Source: Macrostomum lignano (lineage: Eukaryota). Taken from it: DNA of 64,000 nucleotides. Under the pieces are notes generated by a model. It was not told where the DNA came from and made no database searches. It saw only the letters and a list, made by a program, of their open reading frames with translations. Position numbers and translations under genes: made by a program. This document shows, one piece after another, positions 13,101-26,506 of this stretch. Within the stretch, counting starts at the first letter, position 1. Each line of letters opens with the position of its first letter. Location: NCBI GenBank assembly GCA_002269645.1, contig NIVC01000326.1, positions 248,001 through 312,000 of the forward strand. Direction: 5' to 3'.

Positions 13101-13547
13101 ACTGTGTGCCTGATGTCCTTCAGCTGGTGCTTAAACTATGTCCGCATCGGAGCTCTCGTTCTTCTTGTACACGACGTGGTTGATCCGTTCATGCACCTGA
13201 CCAAGTGTTTGTCCTATGCTAGCAGCAACACCTGTCTTCGAGACATGATGTTTGTGGTGTTCATGGTCTGCTGGATCGTCACCAGGCTGACCATCTACCC
13301 GTTCTGGGTTGTCTACAGTGCCATGTTCCACAGCTGGGCCATTATTGGACCCTACAGATCGTGGTACATGTTTAATGGTTGCCTGCTTGTTCTACAGGTG
13401 CTGCACGTGATCTGGTTCTACTTTATCCTTCGCATCGCCCTATCCGTGGTCACTCAGGACCCCGACGCTAAGGATAGTCGCAGCGATTCAGAGATGTCCG
13501 CCACTGAAGACGTTCTAGACGATGGAGTCGACTTCAAGAATAAATAA
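10123..13547 (+). CDS. CERS: Ceramide synthase (Hox + TLC/Lag1p), copy 1; 1-nt frameshift (pseudogene or sequencing error)
   Basis: Exons 10123-10584 and 12922-13547. The C-run at 10299-10302 has 4 C versus 5 C in copies 2 and 3, which breaks the frame. Hox-like VANWFRRKRN and Lag1p HKDFAEMLIHH..HDVVD motifs are present. Confidence 0.85.
11743..12840. repeat. 85-bp tandem repeat (~13 copies) in CerS copy-1 intron
   Basis: Period 85 (ACTCCGTC at 11828, 11913, 11998); no unique spacers. Confidence 0.95.
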
Positions 13548-13609
13548 GGGTTTTGAAATTCCACCTTCTAACTGTCAGCTCATTATGGTGAATAGTAACG
13601 CTGTCTATC

Positions 13610-13880
13610 AGGGGATTCCCATGCTCGATTCTGTGAGCAGATTCCCATGCTCAGATCTGCAAGGGGATTCCTATGCTCGATTCTGTGAGTAGATTCCCAT
13701 GCTCAGATGCTCAGATCTGCAAGGGGATTCCTATGCTCGATTCTGTGAGTAGATTCCCATGCTCAGATGTCAGATCTGCAAGGGGATTCCTATGCTCGAT
13801 TCTGTGAGTAGATTCCCATGCTCAGATCTGCAAGGGGATTCCTATGCTCGATTCTGTGAATAGATTCCCATGCTCAGGTC
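13610..13880. repeat. ~50-bp repeat with TCCCATGCTCAGAT core, 3' of CerS copy 1 (duplicated at 19750-20020)
   Basis: Tandem units visible. Confidence 0.85.
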
Positions 13881-16261
13881 CGCGATAGAATTCCGCTGTT
13901 CTCTTGGGTCACTTGTGAAACTCACTAAGCCAATCCTAACATTTGAAAGAATTGTTTAGTAATTTCATTTTTGTGAAATAGGGATAGATTTGGGGTGTGG
14001 AGTGTTTCTAAGCATTGTGGAGACTGTTAGTTGATGCTGCATAGAAAGTCGGTCTGTATGGGGTGTACAACAATTAATTAACAATAGTAATACCAAAACA
14101 TTTCCGCTCGTCGAACTACCGGGGGTAAGCAAGTCGTCTGCCCTCCGGACCGTCGAGATGTTCAATGATTCTGTCAAAAGCTCTGATTTTTTCTATAAGC
14201 ACTGGTGTATTCAGTACAGTCTGACAGTCTGAAATTCGACATAGTTACAACAGGGCGTCCATAGTCGCATTGTGCCACCCGTTGAAGGTGCTGATGGCAT
14301 CAGGGTGATGACGGAATGCTTAAGAGATTCGCTGAGGATGTACAGGAGTTAAGGTTTGCCCACTGTCGGAGCTTGATCAGCGAAAATAGATAAAATCGCA
14401 AGAGGGTTCCACAGTCACCTGGTGCCACCTGTTGAAGGTCCAGAAGCTCTGAGTGAAGAGCAGTGCGTGCTGATGAAATATATCTTGACGGTCTGGAGGG
14501 CTGGCGACTTGTTTCTTGGTTTAGATGGTGCGCAACGAAAAGTTGGGCCGTGTTCTCACATTCCGTGTGCCTGCGTTGCTCCGTTCCAGCGCAGCAAAGA
14601 AAAATTCTCGGGAATCCCCCGTGGTAGTTCTACTGTTTAACACGCTATTTATTACTCCCTCTCATAATAAATTTGTCGTCGCTTATTCGACAATTTTTTT
14701 TAGATTTCCTTATTATGATAAAACATTCCGAATAATAAATTATATTTTGCTCAATTAGTACATGAAATTTGCCTAACCAAAACACAACTTCTGTCTCTGG
14801 TGTTCGCAACCTGCAATCCTTAAAACTTTTTTATCCGATTTTTTGCATAAATCTGTGCACTCGGACTGCACTCCCTTATCTAGTCTGCTTAGTGCCTGTC
14901 TCAGTCATTTGGCAGCTGTTTGTATGTCTTGGCTTTTTATTCTTTCAACTGAATTTGTGGCGTTTTTTTACTATTTTTACCTCTTCACTTACCCAAAATG
15001 TGTCAGTGAGACTACAAGCTGCAGGCTGTCTGTCAGCTGCAGGCTGTCCGTGTCAGCTGCAGGCTGTCTGTGTCAGCTGCAAGCTGTCTGTGTCAGCTGC
15101 AGGCTGTATCAACTGCACGCTGTCTGTGTCAACTGCAGGCTGTATCAACTGCACGCTGTCTGTGTCAACTGCTGGCTGTCAGCTGTAGGCTGTCAGATGC
15201 AGTTAGAATTTCCACCCGACTGTCAAAATCGGCATTATTCAGCCAGCCCAGCCGCTCCAGTCCGTCCTCGCCGCTGTCAACAATTAGCCATGTTTATTTT
15301 AGAATCCTGTTTACTAAAACCGCTGATCGATAATAATTTTTTACGGTATTGCCGGCTCCCAATACAGCATTGACACATTTTTCATGCTGGTTAAGGCCAG
15401 TAACTTTATAAAGTACTATGAGAAGTCGCAGTGGTTGCTTCAAAATATTTTACGTAATTTGATATGTAGAGATTTCTTAATATAGCCAACCCCCTGTCCA
15501 ATGTACACTCACTGCTAGCCAACCCCCTGCCCAATGACACTCACTGCTAGCCAACCCCTGTCCAATGTACATGTACACTCACTGCTAGCCAACCCCCTGC
15601 CCAATGTACACTCACTGCTAGCCAACCTCTGTCCAATTTACACTCACTGCTAGCCAACCCCCTGCCCAATGTACACTCACTGCTAGCCAACCTCTGTCCA
15701 ATTTACACTCACTGCTAGCCAACCCCTGTCCAATGTACACTCACTGCTAGCCAACCTCTGTCCAATGTACACTCACTGCTAGCCAACCCCTGTCCAATGT
15801 ACACTCACTGCTAGCCAACCTCTGTCCAATTTACACTCACTGCTAGCCAACCCCTGTACAATGTACACTCACTGCTAGCCAACCTCAGCCTAATGTACAG
15901 TTAGCACAATCCAGCCAACGTACACTCAGCACAAGCCAGCCCAATGTACACTCAGTGCAATCCAGCTAATGTGCACTCAGCACAAGCCAGCCCAATGTAC
16001 AGTCAGCACAAGCCAGCCCAATGTACAGTCAGCACAAGCCAGCCCAATGTACACTCAGCACAATCCAGCTAATGTGCACTCAGCACAATCCAGCCAATGT
16101 ACACTCACTGCTAGCCAACCCAATGTACACTCAGTGCAAGCCAGCCAGATGTACAGTCAGCACAATCCAGCCAACACTCCCAGTTGCAGCGCCCCGGAGC
16201 CCCGCAAAGAATCGGGTGAACAGACTGCGCCAGACTTGCCGCCGCCCCCAAACCCGATAGC

Positions 16262-19200
16262 ATGGACGCCCTGCTGAGCGAGGAGATGTGGCTGCCAGCC
16301 AACATCAGCTGGGCTCGCCTATACGCCTCCAGACCTGACGGCCGGCTGACGCCGCGGCCAGTTCACCTGACAATGTCGCTGGCGTGCGGCCTGGCGTTCT
16401 GCCTACTGCGCTACCTGGTTGAGACCTTCCTGCTGTTCCCCCTGGGCAGGCGCTGGGGCCTCGCCGATGCACCGAAGGATGCCTTCAGGCCGGTGACGCC
16501 AAACAAGCGACTTGACGCCGTTTTTAGACTGAACCGGCGGCCGACAGTCGATCAGATGTCGGCTCTGTCCGGCGAGCTGGGCTGGTCGGACAAATCGGTC
16601 GCTAACTGGTTTCGGAGGAAGCGAAATCAGCTGAAGTCTTCCACGCTGAGGAAGTTTGTGGAGAGCGCGTGGTTCTTCCTGCACTACAGCTGCATTCTGG
16701 TGTATGGCTTCGCCGTTCTCGTTGGTGCGTTTGGGGCCTGATCTGCCCCGATTTATGTACTGTTGCACTATTTACAAGAGAAGGAAATGCAATTTTTCAT
16801 TGGTCAAAACTGGATGCGGCTGAATTTTTCTGCCAACTATTGTTCATTAATAAAGAAATATTGGTGTGTAGTTCGGAATAAGCTGCTTGGCGAGTCGATG
16901 CCGCCAACTGAGGCGCTTCATTGCAATGCACCAGCTAAAGGCACCTCCTTGTCAATCATAGGGAAGCAAATACTGAATCGAATGCTTACATGGCATCAGT
17001 CTTGGTCATGAAGTAGTTGGTGCTGGAGGCATGACTTGATTGTAAGCAAGGAACATGTTTTCGTTGCCTCACTTCGTCTGTAAACTTGATTAAGGCCGAT
17101 CGTGATGTTCTCGATTTCATGCTGTACAGAGTCCAGGTGCTGCGACAGCCTTGAGTCCGGGGGTCAAGGTTGCAAAAGCCCATTGTGCATGTACTTTCCG
17201 AGCTGGGTATAATTTTTTACTTGACGCGTCGGTAGCAGTCTCAGTAAAGCGCTTGTATCTGCCGATAGCTTTTTTATCAACTTGCAGCTGACGTTTATTA
17301 ACATAAAATATTTATTGGCGTCGATTCAGTCAGAACTAAGACACTTTCCTCCGTTTTCATTTCACCTATAGTTGGTGTGTAGAAAGAGTTCAAAATCATG
17401 AGATGGGTCTTCCATTTTGTAAGCTTTGGCAACAAAATAATATATTTGTCTCTTGTTCAAACAGCAAACGTTTATCTTGGCTTTGAACTACGATTCCTAA
17501 TGCATTCGGGCTGTAATCTCATCTTTCTGGGCATTGAGTAATCTCAGAAATCGCAATAAACCGTATCCATCGAGCCAAATAGACCCGTACATCAAAGATA
17601 AACAACGTCCTATCGATCAATCCATCGTTCATTGCTACCTCTGACATCCAAGCGTTCTACGAGCGTATGTCCGGTACTTCAAGCAGGTTTCACAATGCAC
17701 TTTTCCGGCAACCTCTGCTTGCTCAGTGTGAAAATCTGATTCTAAACGTTCTTTCACGCAACGCATTGCACTGAAGCTGCTTTGCGTCTCCCAGTACACT
17801 GTTGAACGCGAATTCGCGATGCCATTGTTATGCCCTTGATAGAAGTATTAGACTCTCAAAGAGTTTTTTGCGCTCACCGTTACTCCGTCTGGCATACGAG
17901 AAGCAGGCTCGGCCATAAGTGTAACAGTGAAATCAACTGAATTCCACTTTGCTGTGAGAATCAAAAACTCCGTCTGGCACACGAGAAGCAGGCTCGGCCA
18001 TAAGTGTAACAGTGAAATCAACTGAATTCCACTTTGCTGTGAGAATCAAAAACTCCGTCTGGCACACGAGAAGCAGGCTCGGCCATAAGTGTAACAGTGA
18101 AATCAACTGAATTCCACTTTGCTGTGAGAATCAAAAACTCCGTCTGGCACACGAGAAGCAGGCTCGGCCAAAAGTGTAACAGTGAAATCAATTGAATTCC
18201 ACTGCTGTGAGAATCAAAAACTCCGTCTGGCACACGAGAAGCAGGCTCGGCCATAAGTGTAACAGTGAAATCAACTGAATTCCACTTTGCTGTGAGAATC
18301 AAAAACTCCGTCTGGCACACGAGAAGCAGGCTCGGCCATAAGTGTAACAGTGAAATCAACTGAATTCCACTTTGCTGTGAGAATCAAAAACTCCGTCTGG
18401 CACACGAGAAGCAGGCTCGGCCATAGGTGTAACAGTGAAATCAACTGAATTCCACTTTGCTGTGAGAATCAAAAACTCCGTCTGGCACACGAGAAGCAGG
18501 CTCGGCCATAAGTGTAACAGTGAAATCAACTGAATTCCACTTTGCTGTGAGAATCAAAAACTCCGTCTGGCACACGAGAAGCAGGCTCGGCCATAAGTGT
18601 AACAGTGAAATCAACTGAATTCCACTTTGCTGTGAGAATCAAAAACTCCGTCTGGCACACGAGAAGCAGGCTCGGCCATAGGTGTAACAGTGAAATCAAC
18701 TGAATTCCACTTTGCTGTGAGAATCAAAAACTCCGTCTAACACACGAGAAGCAGGCTCGGCCATAGGTGTAACAGTGAAATCAACTGAATTCCACTTTGC
18801 TGTGAGAATCAAAAACTCCGTCTAACACACGAGAAGCAGGCTCGGCCATAGGTGTAACAGTGAAATCAACTGAATTCCACTTTGCTGTGAGAATCAAAAA
18901 CTCCGTCTAACACACGAGAAGCAGGCTCGGCCAAAAGTGTAACAGTGAAATCAATTGAATTCCACTGCTGTGAGAATCAAGAAACGCCACCACCCAGCAC
19001 ATCTATTTCCTTGGGACACTGAAATCTCCCCCTGACCTTGATATCTCCCTCTCTACGCAGGCAAGGACTACTTCTGGGATGCCCGGTACTGCTGGATTGG
19101 CTGGCCGGACCAAGCAGTGGACGCAGACATCTACTGGTATTACATGATCTCCCTGGGCTACTACTGGTCCGCCATGTACTACATTTTCACCGACGTCAAG

Positions 19201-19686
19201 CACAAGGATTTTGCGGAGATGCTGATCCATCACGTGGTCACTGTGTGCCTGATGTCCTTCAGCTGGTGCTTAAACTATGTCCGCATCGGAGCTCTCGTTC
19301 TTCTTGTACACGACGTGGTTGATCCGTTCATGCACCTGACCAAGTGTTTGTCCTATGCTAGCAGCAACACCTGTCTTCGAGACATGATGTTTGTGGTGTT
19401 CATGGTCTGCTGGATCGTCACCAGGCTGACCATCTACCCGTTCTGGGTTGTCTACAGTGCCATGTTCCACAGCTGGGCCATTATTGGACCCTACAGATCG
19501 TGGTACATGTTTAATGGTTGCCTGCTTGTTCTACAGGTGCTGCACGTGATCTGGTTCTACTTTATCCTTCGCATCGCCCTATCCGTGGTCACTCAGGACC
19601 CCGACGCTAAGGATAGTCGCAGCGATTCAGAGATGTCCGCCACTGAAGACGTTCTAGACGATGGAGTCGACTTCAAGAATAAATAA
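16262..19686 (+). CDS. CERS: Ceramide synthase (Hox + TLC), copy 2, 362 aa, intact
   Basis: Exons 16262-16724 and 19061-19686 (phase 1, GT-AG, 2336-bp intron); Lag1p motif. Confidence 0.92.
17882..18979. repeat. 85-bp tandem repeat in CerS copy-2 intron
   Basis: Copy of 11743-12840. Confidence 0.95.
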
Positions 19687-22400
19687 GGGTTTTGAAATTC
19701 CACCTTCTAACTGTCAGCTCATTATGGTGAATAGTAACGCTGTCTATCAGGGGATTCCCATGCTCGATTCTGTGAGCAGATTCCCATGCTCAGATCTGCA
19801 AGGGGATTCCTATGCTCGATTCTGTGAGTAGATTCCCATGCTCAGATGCTCAGATCTGCAAGGGGATTCCTATGCTCGATTCTGTGAGTAGATTCCCATG
19901 CTCAGATGTCAGATCTGCAAGGGGATTCCTATGCTCGATTCTGTGAGTAGATTCCCATGCTCAGATCTGCAAGGGGATTCCTATGCTCGATTCTGTGAAT
20001 AGATTCCCATGCTCAGGTCCGCGATAGAATTCCGCTGTTCTCTTGGGTCACTTGTGAAACTCACTAAGCCAATCCTAACATTTGAAAGAATTGTTTAGTA
20101 ATTTCATTTTTGTGAAATAGGGATAGATTTGGGGTGTGGAGTGTTTCTAAGCATTGTGGAGACTGTTAGTTGATGCTGCATAGAAAGTCGGTCTGTATGG
20201 GGTGTACAACAATTAATTAACAATAGTAATACCAAAACATTTCCGCTCGTCGAACTACCGGGGGTAAGCAAGTCGTCTGCCCTCCGGACCGTCGAGATGT
20301 TCAATGATTCTGTCAAAAGCTCTGATTTTTTCTATAAGCACTGGTGTATTCAGTACAGTCTGACAGTCTGAAATTCGACATAGTTACAACAGGGCGTCCA
20401 TAGTCGCATTGTGCCACCCGTTGAAGGTGCTGATGGCATCAGGGTGATGACGGAATGCTTAAGAGATTCGCTGAGGATGTACAGGAGTTAAGGTTTGCCC
20501 ACTGTCGGAGCTTGATCAGCGAAAATAGATAAAATCGCAAGAGGGTATCCACAGTCACCTGGTGCCACCTGTTGAAGGTCCAGAAGCTCTGAGTGAAGAG
20601 CAGTGCGTGCTGATGAAATATATCTTGACGGTCTGGAGGGCTGGCGACTTGTTTCTTGGTTTAGATGGTGCGCAACGAAAAGTTGGGCCGTGTTCTCACA
20701 TTCCGTGTGCCTGCGTTGCTCCGTTCCAGCGCAGCAAAGAAAAATTCTCGGAATCCCCCGTGGTAGTTCTACTGTTTAACACGCTATTTATTACTCCCTC
20801 TCATAATAAATTTGTCGTCGCTTATTCGACAATTTTTTTTAGATTTCCTTATTATGATAAAACATTCCGAATAATAAATTATATTTTGCTCAATTAGTAC
20901 ATGAAATTTGCCTAACCAAAACACAACTTCTGTCTCTGGTGTTCGCAACCTGCAATCCTTAAAACTTTTTTATCCGATTTTTTGCATAAATCTGTGCACT
21001 CGGACTGCACTCCCTTATCTAGTCTGCTTAGTGCCTGTCTCAGTCATTTGGCAGCTGTTTGTATGTCTTGGCTTTTTATTCTTTCAACTGAATTTGTGGC
21101 GTTTTTTTACTATTTTTACCTCTTCACTTACCCAAAATGTGTCAGTGAGACTACAAGCTGCAGGCTGTCTGTCAGCTGCAGGCTGTCCGTGTCAGCTGCA
21201 GGCTGTCTGTGTCAGCTGCAAGCTGTCTGTGTCAGCTGCAGGCTGTATCAACTGCACGCTGTCTGTGTCAACTGCAGGCTGTATCAACTGCACGCTGTCT
21301 GTGTCAACTGCTGGCTGTCAGCTGTAGGCTGTCAGATGCAGTTAGAATTTCCACCCGACTGTCAAAATCGGCATTATTCAGCCAGCCCAGCCGCTCCAGT
21401 CCGTCCTCGCCGCTGTCAACAATTAGCCATGTTTATTTTAGAATCCTGTTTACTAAAACCGCTGATCGATAATAATTTTTTACGGTATTGCCGGCTCCCA
21501 ATACAGCATTGACACATTTTTCATGCTGGTTAAGGCCAGTAACTTTATAAAGTACTATGAGAAGTCGCAGTGGTTGCTTCAAAATATTTTACGTAATTTG
21601 ATATGTAGAGATTTCTTAATATAGCCAACCCCCTGTCCAATGTACACTCACTGCTAGCCAACCCCCTGCCCAATGACACTCACTGCTAGCCAACCCCTGT
21701 CCAATGTACATGTACACTCACTGCTAGCCAACCCCCTGCCCAATGTACACTCACTGCTAGCCAACCTCTGTCCAATTTACACTCACTGCTAGCCAACCCC
21801 CTGCCCAATGTACACTCACTGCTAGCCAACCTCTGTCCAATTTACACTCACTGCTAGCCAACCCCCTGCCCAATGTACACTCACTGCTAGCCAACCTCTG
21901 TCCAATGTACACTCACTGCTAGCCAACCCCTGTCCAATGTACACTCACTGCTAGCCAACCTCTGTCCAATTTACACTCACTGCTAGCCAACCCCTGTACA
22001 ATGTACACTCACTGCTAGCCAACCTCAGCCTAATGTACAGTTAGCACAATCCAGCCAACGTACACTCAGCACAAGCCAGCCCAATGTACACTCAGTGCAA
22101 TCCAGCTAATGTGCACTCAGCACAAGCCAGCCCAATGTACAGTCAGCACAAGCCAGCCCAATGTACAGTCAGCACAAGCCAGCCCAATGTACACTCAGCA
22201 CAATCCAGCTAATGTGCACTCAGCACAATCCAGCCAATGTACACTCACTGCTAGCCAACCCAATGTACACTCAGTGCAAGCCAGCCAGATGTACAGTCAG
22301 CACAATCCAGCCAACACTCCCAGTTGCAGCGCCCCGGAGCCCCGCAAAGAATCGGTGAACAGACTGCGCCAGACTTGCCGCCGCCCCCAAACCCGATAGC

Positions 22401-23660
22401 ATGGACGCCCTGCTGAGCGAGGAGATGTGGCTGCCAGCCAACATCAGCTGGGCTCGCCTATACGCCTCCAGACCTGACGGCCGGCTGACGCCGCGGCCAG
22501 TTCACCTGACAATGTCGCTGGCGTGCGGCCTGGCGTTCTGCCTACTGCGCTACCTGGTTGAGACCTTCCTGCTGTTCCCCCTGGGCAGGCGCTGGGGCCT
22601 CGCCGATGCACCGAAGGATGCCTTCAGGCCGGTGACGCCAAACAAGCGACTTGACGCCGTTTTTAGACTGAACCGGCGGCCGACAGTCGATCAGATGTCG
22701 GCTCTGTCCGGCGAGCTGGGCTGGTCGGACAAATCGGTCGCTAACTGGTTTCGGAGGAAGCGAAATCAGCTGAAGTCTTCCACGCTGAGGAAGTTTGTGG
22801 AGAGCGCGTGGTTCTTCCTGCACTACAGCTGCATTCTGGTGTATGGCTTCGCCGTCCTCGTTGGTGCGTTTGGGGCCGTGCTCGGGTTCGAATCCGCCTA
22901 CTGCTGCATTTGCTTGCCGTATCCTTGTAGCTTCCCTCCCAAACCTCCAGACTCTATCCTGACTCCCTCTCTTGCTAGAACGCTTTAATCTCTACCACTT
23001 ATTGCATGAAACCCTCTCTACGCAGGCAAGGACTACTTCTGGGATGCCCGGTACTGCTGGATTGGCTGGCCGGACCAGGCAGTGGACGCGGACATCTACT
23101 GGTATTACATGATCTCCCTGGGCTACTACTGGTCCGCCATGTACTATATTTTCACCGACGTCAAGCACAAGGATTTTGCGGAGATGCTGATCCATCACGT
23201 GGTCACTGTGTGCCTGATGTCATTCAGCTGGTGCTTGAACTATGTCCGCATTGGAGCTCTGGTCGTGCTAATTCACGACGTGGTTGATCCGTTCATGCAC
23301 CTGACCAAGTGCTTGACCTATGCTAGCAGCAACACCCGTCTTCGAGACATCATGTTTGTAGTGTTCATGGTCTGCTGGATTGTCACCAGGCTGACCATCT
23401 ACCCGTTCTGGGTTGTCTACAGTGCCATGTTCCACAGCTGGACCATTATTGGACCCTTCAGATCGTGGTACATGTTTAATGGTTGCCTGCTTGTTCTACA
23501 GGTGCTGCATGTGATCTGGTTCTACTTTATCCTTCGCATCGCCCTATCCGTGGTCACCCAGGACCCCAATACAAAGGACAGTCGCAGTGATTCAGAGATG
23601 TCCGCCGCTGAAGACGGTCCAGACAATAAAGGCGACTCGCAGCTTAAGAAGGGGCTGTGA
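22401..23660 (+). CDS. CERS: Ceramide synthase (Hox + TLC), copy 3, 365 aa, short intron and diverged exon 2
   Basis: Exons 22401-22863 and 23026-23660 (162-bp intron). C-terminus EDGPDNKGDSQLKKGL differs from copies 1 and 2. Confidence 0.92.
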
Positions 23661-23729
23661 AATTACTTCAATGGTGTCTACGGTTAGTAACATAGGAGCG
23701 CATCGTTTTGATGCGGATTTTTAAAAGTT

Positions 23730-24140
23730 GGAATTCCCATACTTAGATGTTCGTAGGGAATTCCCATGCTCAGATGTACGTAGGCATTTCCAATGCTCAG
23801 ATGTACATATCTGAGATGTACATACATATCTGAAATCCCCATGCTTGTGTACGCAGGGATTTCCTATGCTCAAATTTATGTAGGGATTTCCCATACTCAG
23901 ATGTACGTAGGGATTTTCCATGCTCAGATGTACGTAGGGATTTTCCATGCTTAGATGTACGTAGGGATTTCCAATGCTCAGATGTACTTAGGGATTTCCC
24001 ATGCTCAGATGTACTTAGGGATTTCCCATGCTCAGATGTACTTAGGGATTTCCCATGCTCAGATGTAGTTAGGGATTTTCCATGCTCAGATGTACGTTGG
24101 GAATTCCCATGCTCAGATATACGTTGGGAATTCCCGTGCT
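23730..24140. repeat. 27-bp minisatellite (GGGATTTCCCATGCTCAGATGTACTTA) 3' of CerS copy 3
   Basis: Tandem units. Confidence 0.9.
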
Positions 24141-25114
24141 CAACTTTCCGCAATAAGTAATGTTGCCGTGATCATTAGCGGTTTAATGTTTACCCTGTGT
24201 GTAGAATCTATCTTAACTTTGACTGTTGCGGCTTCCAGCTTATCCCGTTTTGGAGATTCCCGCGAATTTGTTTTTTACGGTGTGTTTTCACAGTTTTTAT
24301 ACTCTTATACGGATTAATATCTCTTAACAAATTTTGCTTTTTTAACACAGCACTCGCTATATAGTTTTATGGTGTCAGCACTATTCATTAGTAAGCATTC
24401 CATATTTATATGCAGACATTAAACTGAGTTGACCTTGTCTGAACTTGACCGAATTTGTGCCTCGGGTGCTTGCGTACTTTTTGTGTGTCTTTCTCGGTCT
24501 GACTTATTGTCATTATGTTCGCGCAGGGCCACTCAGTTTTAAACCAAATTCACACTAGCTTTGCTTGGACTGTGCTCCTGCTTGCCAGGCTTTGTCATGC
24601 GCTGCTCACTGCCCTTGTTCTCACCCCGTGCGTCACATTATGTTTATATATATATATACTCGTATATACGTTTATAACCTTTCTATCTTATTTTGTACTT
24701 TTTTAAGAATTGTAAGATGGTCAATTTTATTAGCTTTAACATTTTGATAGGACACTGATTTTTGTCCGTGTCAGCTGTAAGCTGTGTCAGCTGTAAGCTG
24801 TGTCAGCTGTAAGCTGTGTCAGCTGTAAGCTGTGTCAGCTGTGTTGTCCGTGTGACACTTCAATTTCGGTCAGTCATGATTCCACCCCCTACTACGAGTG
24901 TACTTCTTCCTGCAAAAGTTTATGGCTTAAATAATAATTCCAATTTGCAGCTCTTAAAACGCAACCAGCTTTAATAAACACCGCTTCTTGCACTGTCACT
25001 TTTTGCACACTTGACCGCCTTCGTGCCTTCTTTGATAGTTAATTTTCAATCTCGTGAGAGCAGCTATAGATGAAAATATGAAAATAGACAGATCATTGCA
25101 GGTTTTCCCACAGG

Positions 25115-26330
25115 CAGTCACATGGGTTTTGTCACAGACAGTCACATGGAGTTTGTCACAGAGAGTCACATGAGGTTGGTCACTGACAGTCACATGGAGT
25201 TTGTCACAGAGAGTCACATGGAGTTTTTCACAGAGAGTCACATGAGGTTGGTCACAGACAGTCACATGGAGTTTTTCACAGAGAGTCACATGAGGTTGGT
25301 CACTGACAGTCACATGGGTTTTGTCACAGACAGTCACATGGAGTTTGTCACAGAGAGTCACATGGAGTTTTTCACAGAGAGTCACATGAGGTTGGTCACT
25401 GACAGTCACATGGGTTTTGTCACAGACAGTCACATGGAGTTTGTCACAGAGAGTCACATGGAGTTTTTCACAGAGAGTCACATGAGGTTGGTCACAGACA
25501 GTCACATGGAGTTTGTCACAGAGAGTCACATGGAGTTTTTCACAGAGAGTCACATGAGGTTGGTCACAGACAGTCACATGGAGTTTTTCACAGAGAGTCA
25601 CATGAGGTTGGTCACTGACAGTCACATGGGTTTTGTCACAGACAGTCACATGGAGTTTGTCACAGAGAGTCACATGGAGTTTTTCACAGAGAGTCACATG
25701 AGGTTGGTCACAGACAGTCACATGGAGTTTTTCACAGAGAGTCACATGAGGTTGGTCACTGACAGTCACATGGGGCTTGCCACTGACAGTCACATAGGGT
25801 TTGTCACTGACAGTCACATGGGGCTTGCCACTGACAGTCACATGTGGTTTGTCACTGACAGTCACATGGGGCTTGCCACTGACAGTCACATGTGGTTTGT
25901 CACAGACAGTCACATGTGGTTGGTCACGGACAGTCACATGGGGCTTGTCACTGACAGTCACATGTGGTTGGTCACTGACAGTCACATGTGGTTTGTCACA
26001 GACAGTCACATGTGGTTGGTCACGGACAGTCACATGGGGCTTGTCACTGACAGTCACATGTGGTTGGTCACTGACAGTCACATGGGGCTTGCCACTGACA
26101 GTCACATGTGGTTTGTCACAGACAGTCACATGATGAGGTTTGTCACTGACAGTCACATAGGGTTTGTCACTGACAGTCACATAGGGTTTGTCACTGACAG
26201 TCACATAGGGTTTGTCACAGACAGTCACATGATGAGGTTTGTCACAGACAGTCACATGATGAGGTTTGTCACTGACAGTCACATGGGGCTTGTCACTGAC
26301 AGTCACATGTGGTTTGTCACAGACAGTCAC
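25115..26330. repeat. 24-bp minisatellite (GTCACATGGAGTTTGTCACAGAGA family)
   Basis: Tandem units; explains the 407-aa and 444-aa pseudo-ORFs. Confidence 0.95.
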
Positions 26331-26506
26331 AGAAGAATCTATTGATCCTCATTGACCCCCATTTAAAAAAAATCAGCACCCCTAAGCAGCCCATTGAGTA
26401 GCTCCAAATGGATCTGTAATTCCAGGTGAGAAAGAGTGCGGATTAGACACATCTCAGCGGCGCACTTAGAGCAGATTCGTACTTGAGAACTTGTGCCGCA
26501 GGTCGC

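Larger units (their letters stand above)
10060..22877. repeat. Near-identical tandem segmental duplication, period 6139 bp
   Basis: CerS ATGs at 10123, 16262 and 22401. Exon 2 starts at 12922 and 19061. The 85-bp arrays have the same order of variant units. Confidence 0.95.

Noticed and set aside
24996-26345. 407-aa and 444-aa repeat ORFs; likewise 28520-29898, 31357-32082, 32709-33264, 33973-35151, 4126-4725
   Set aside because: All are translations of tandem repeats whose unit length is a multiple of three or stop-free
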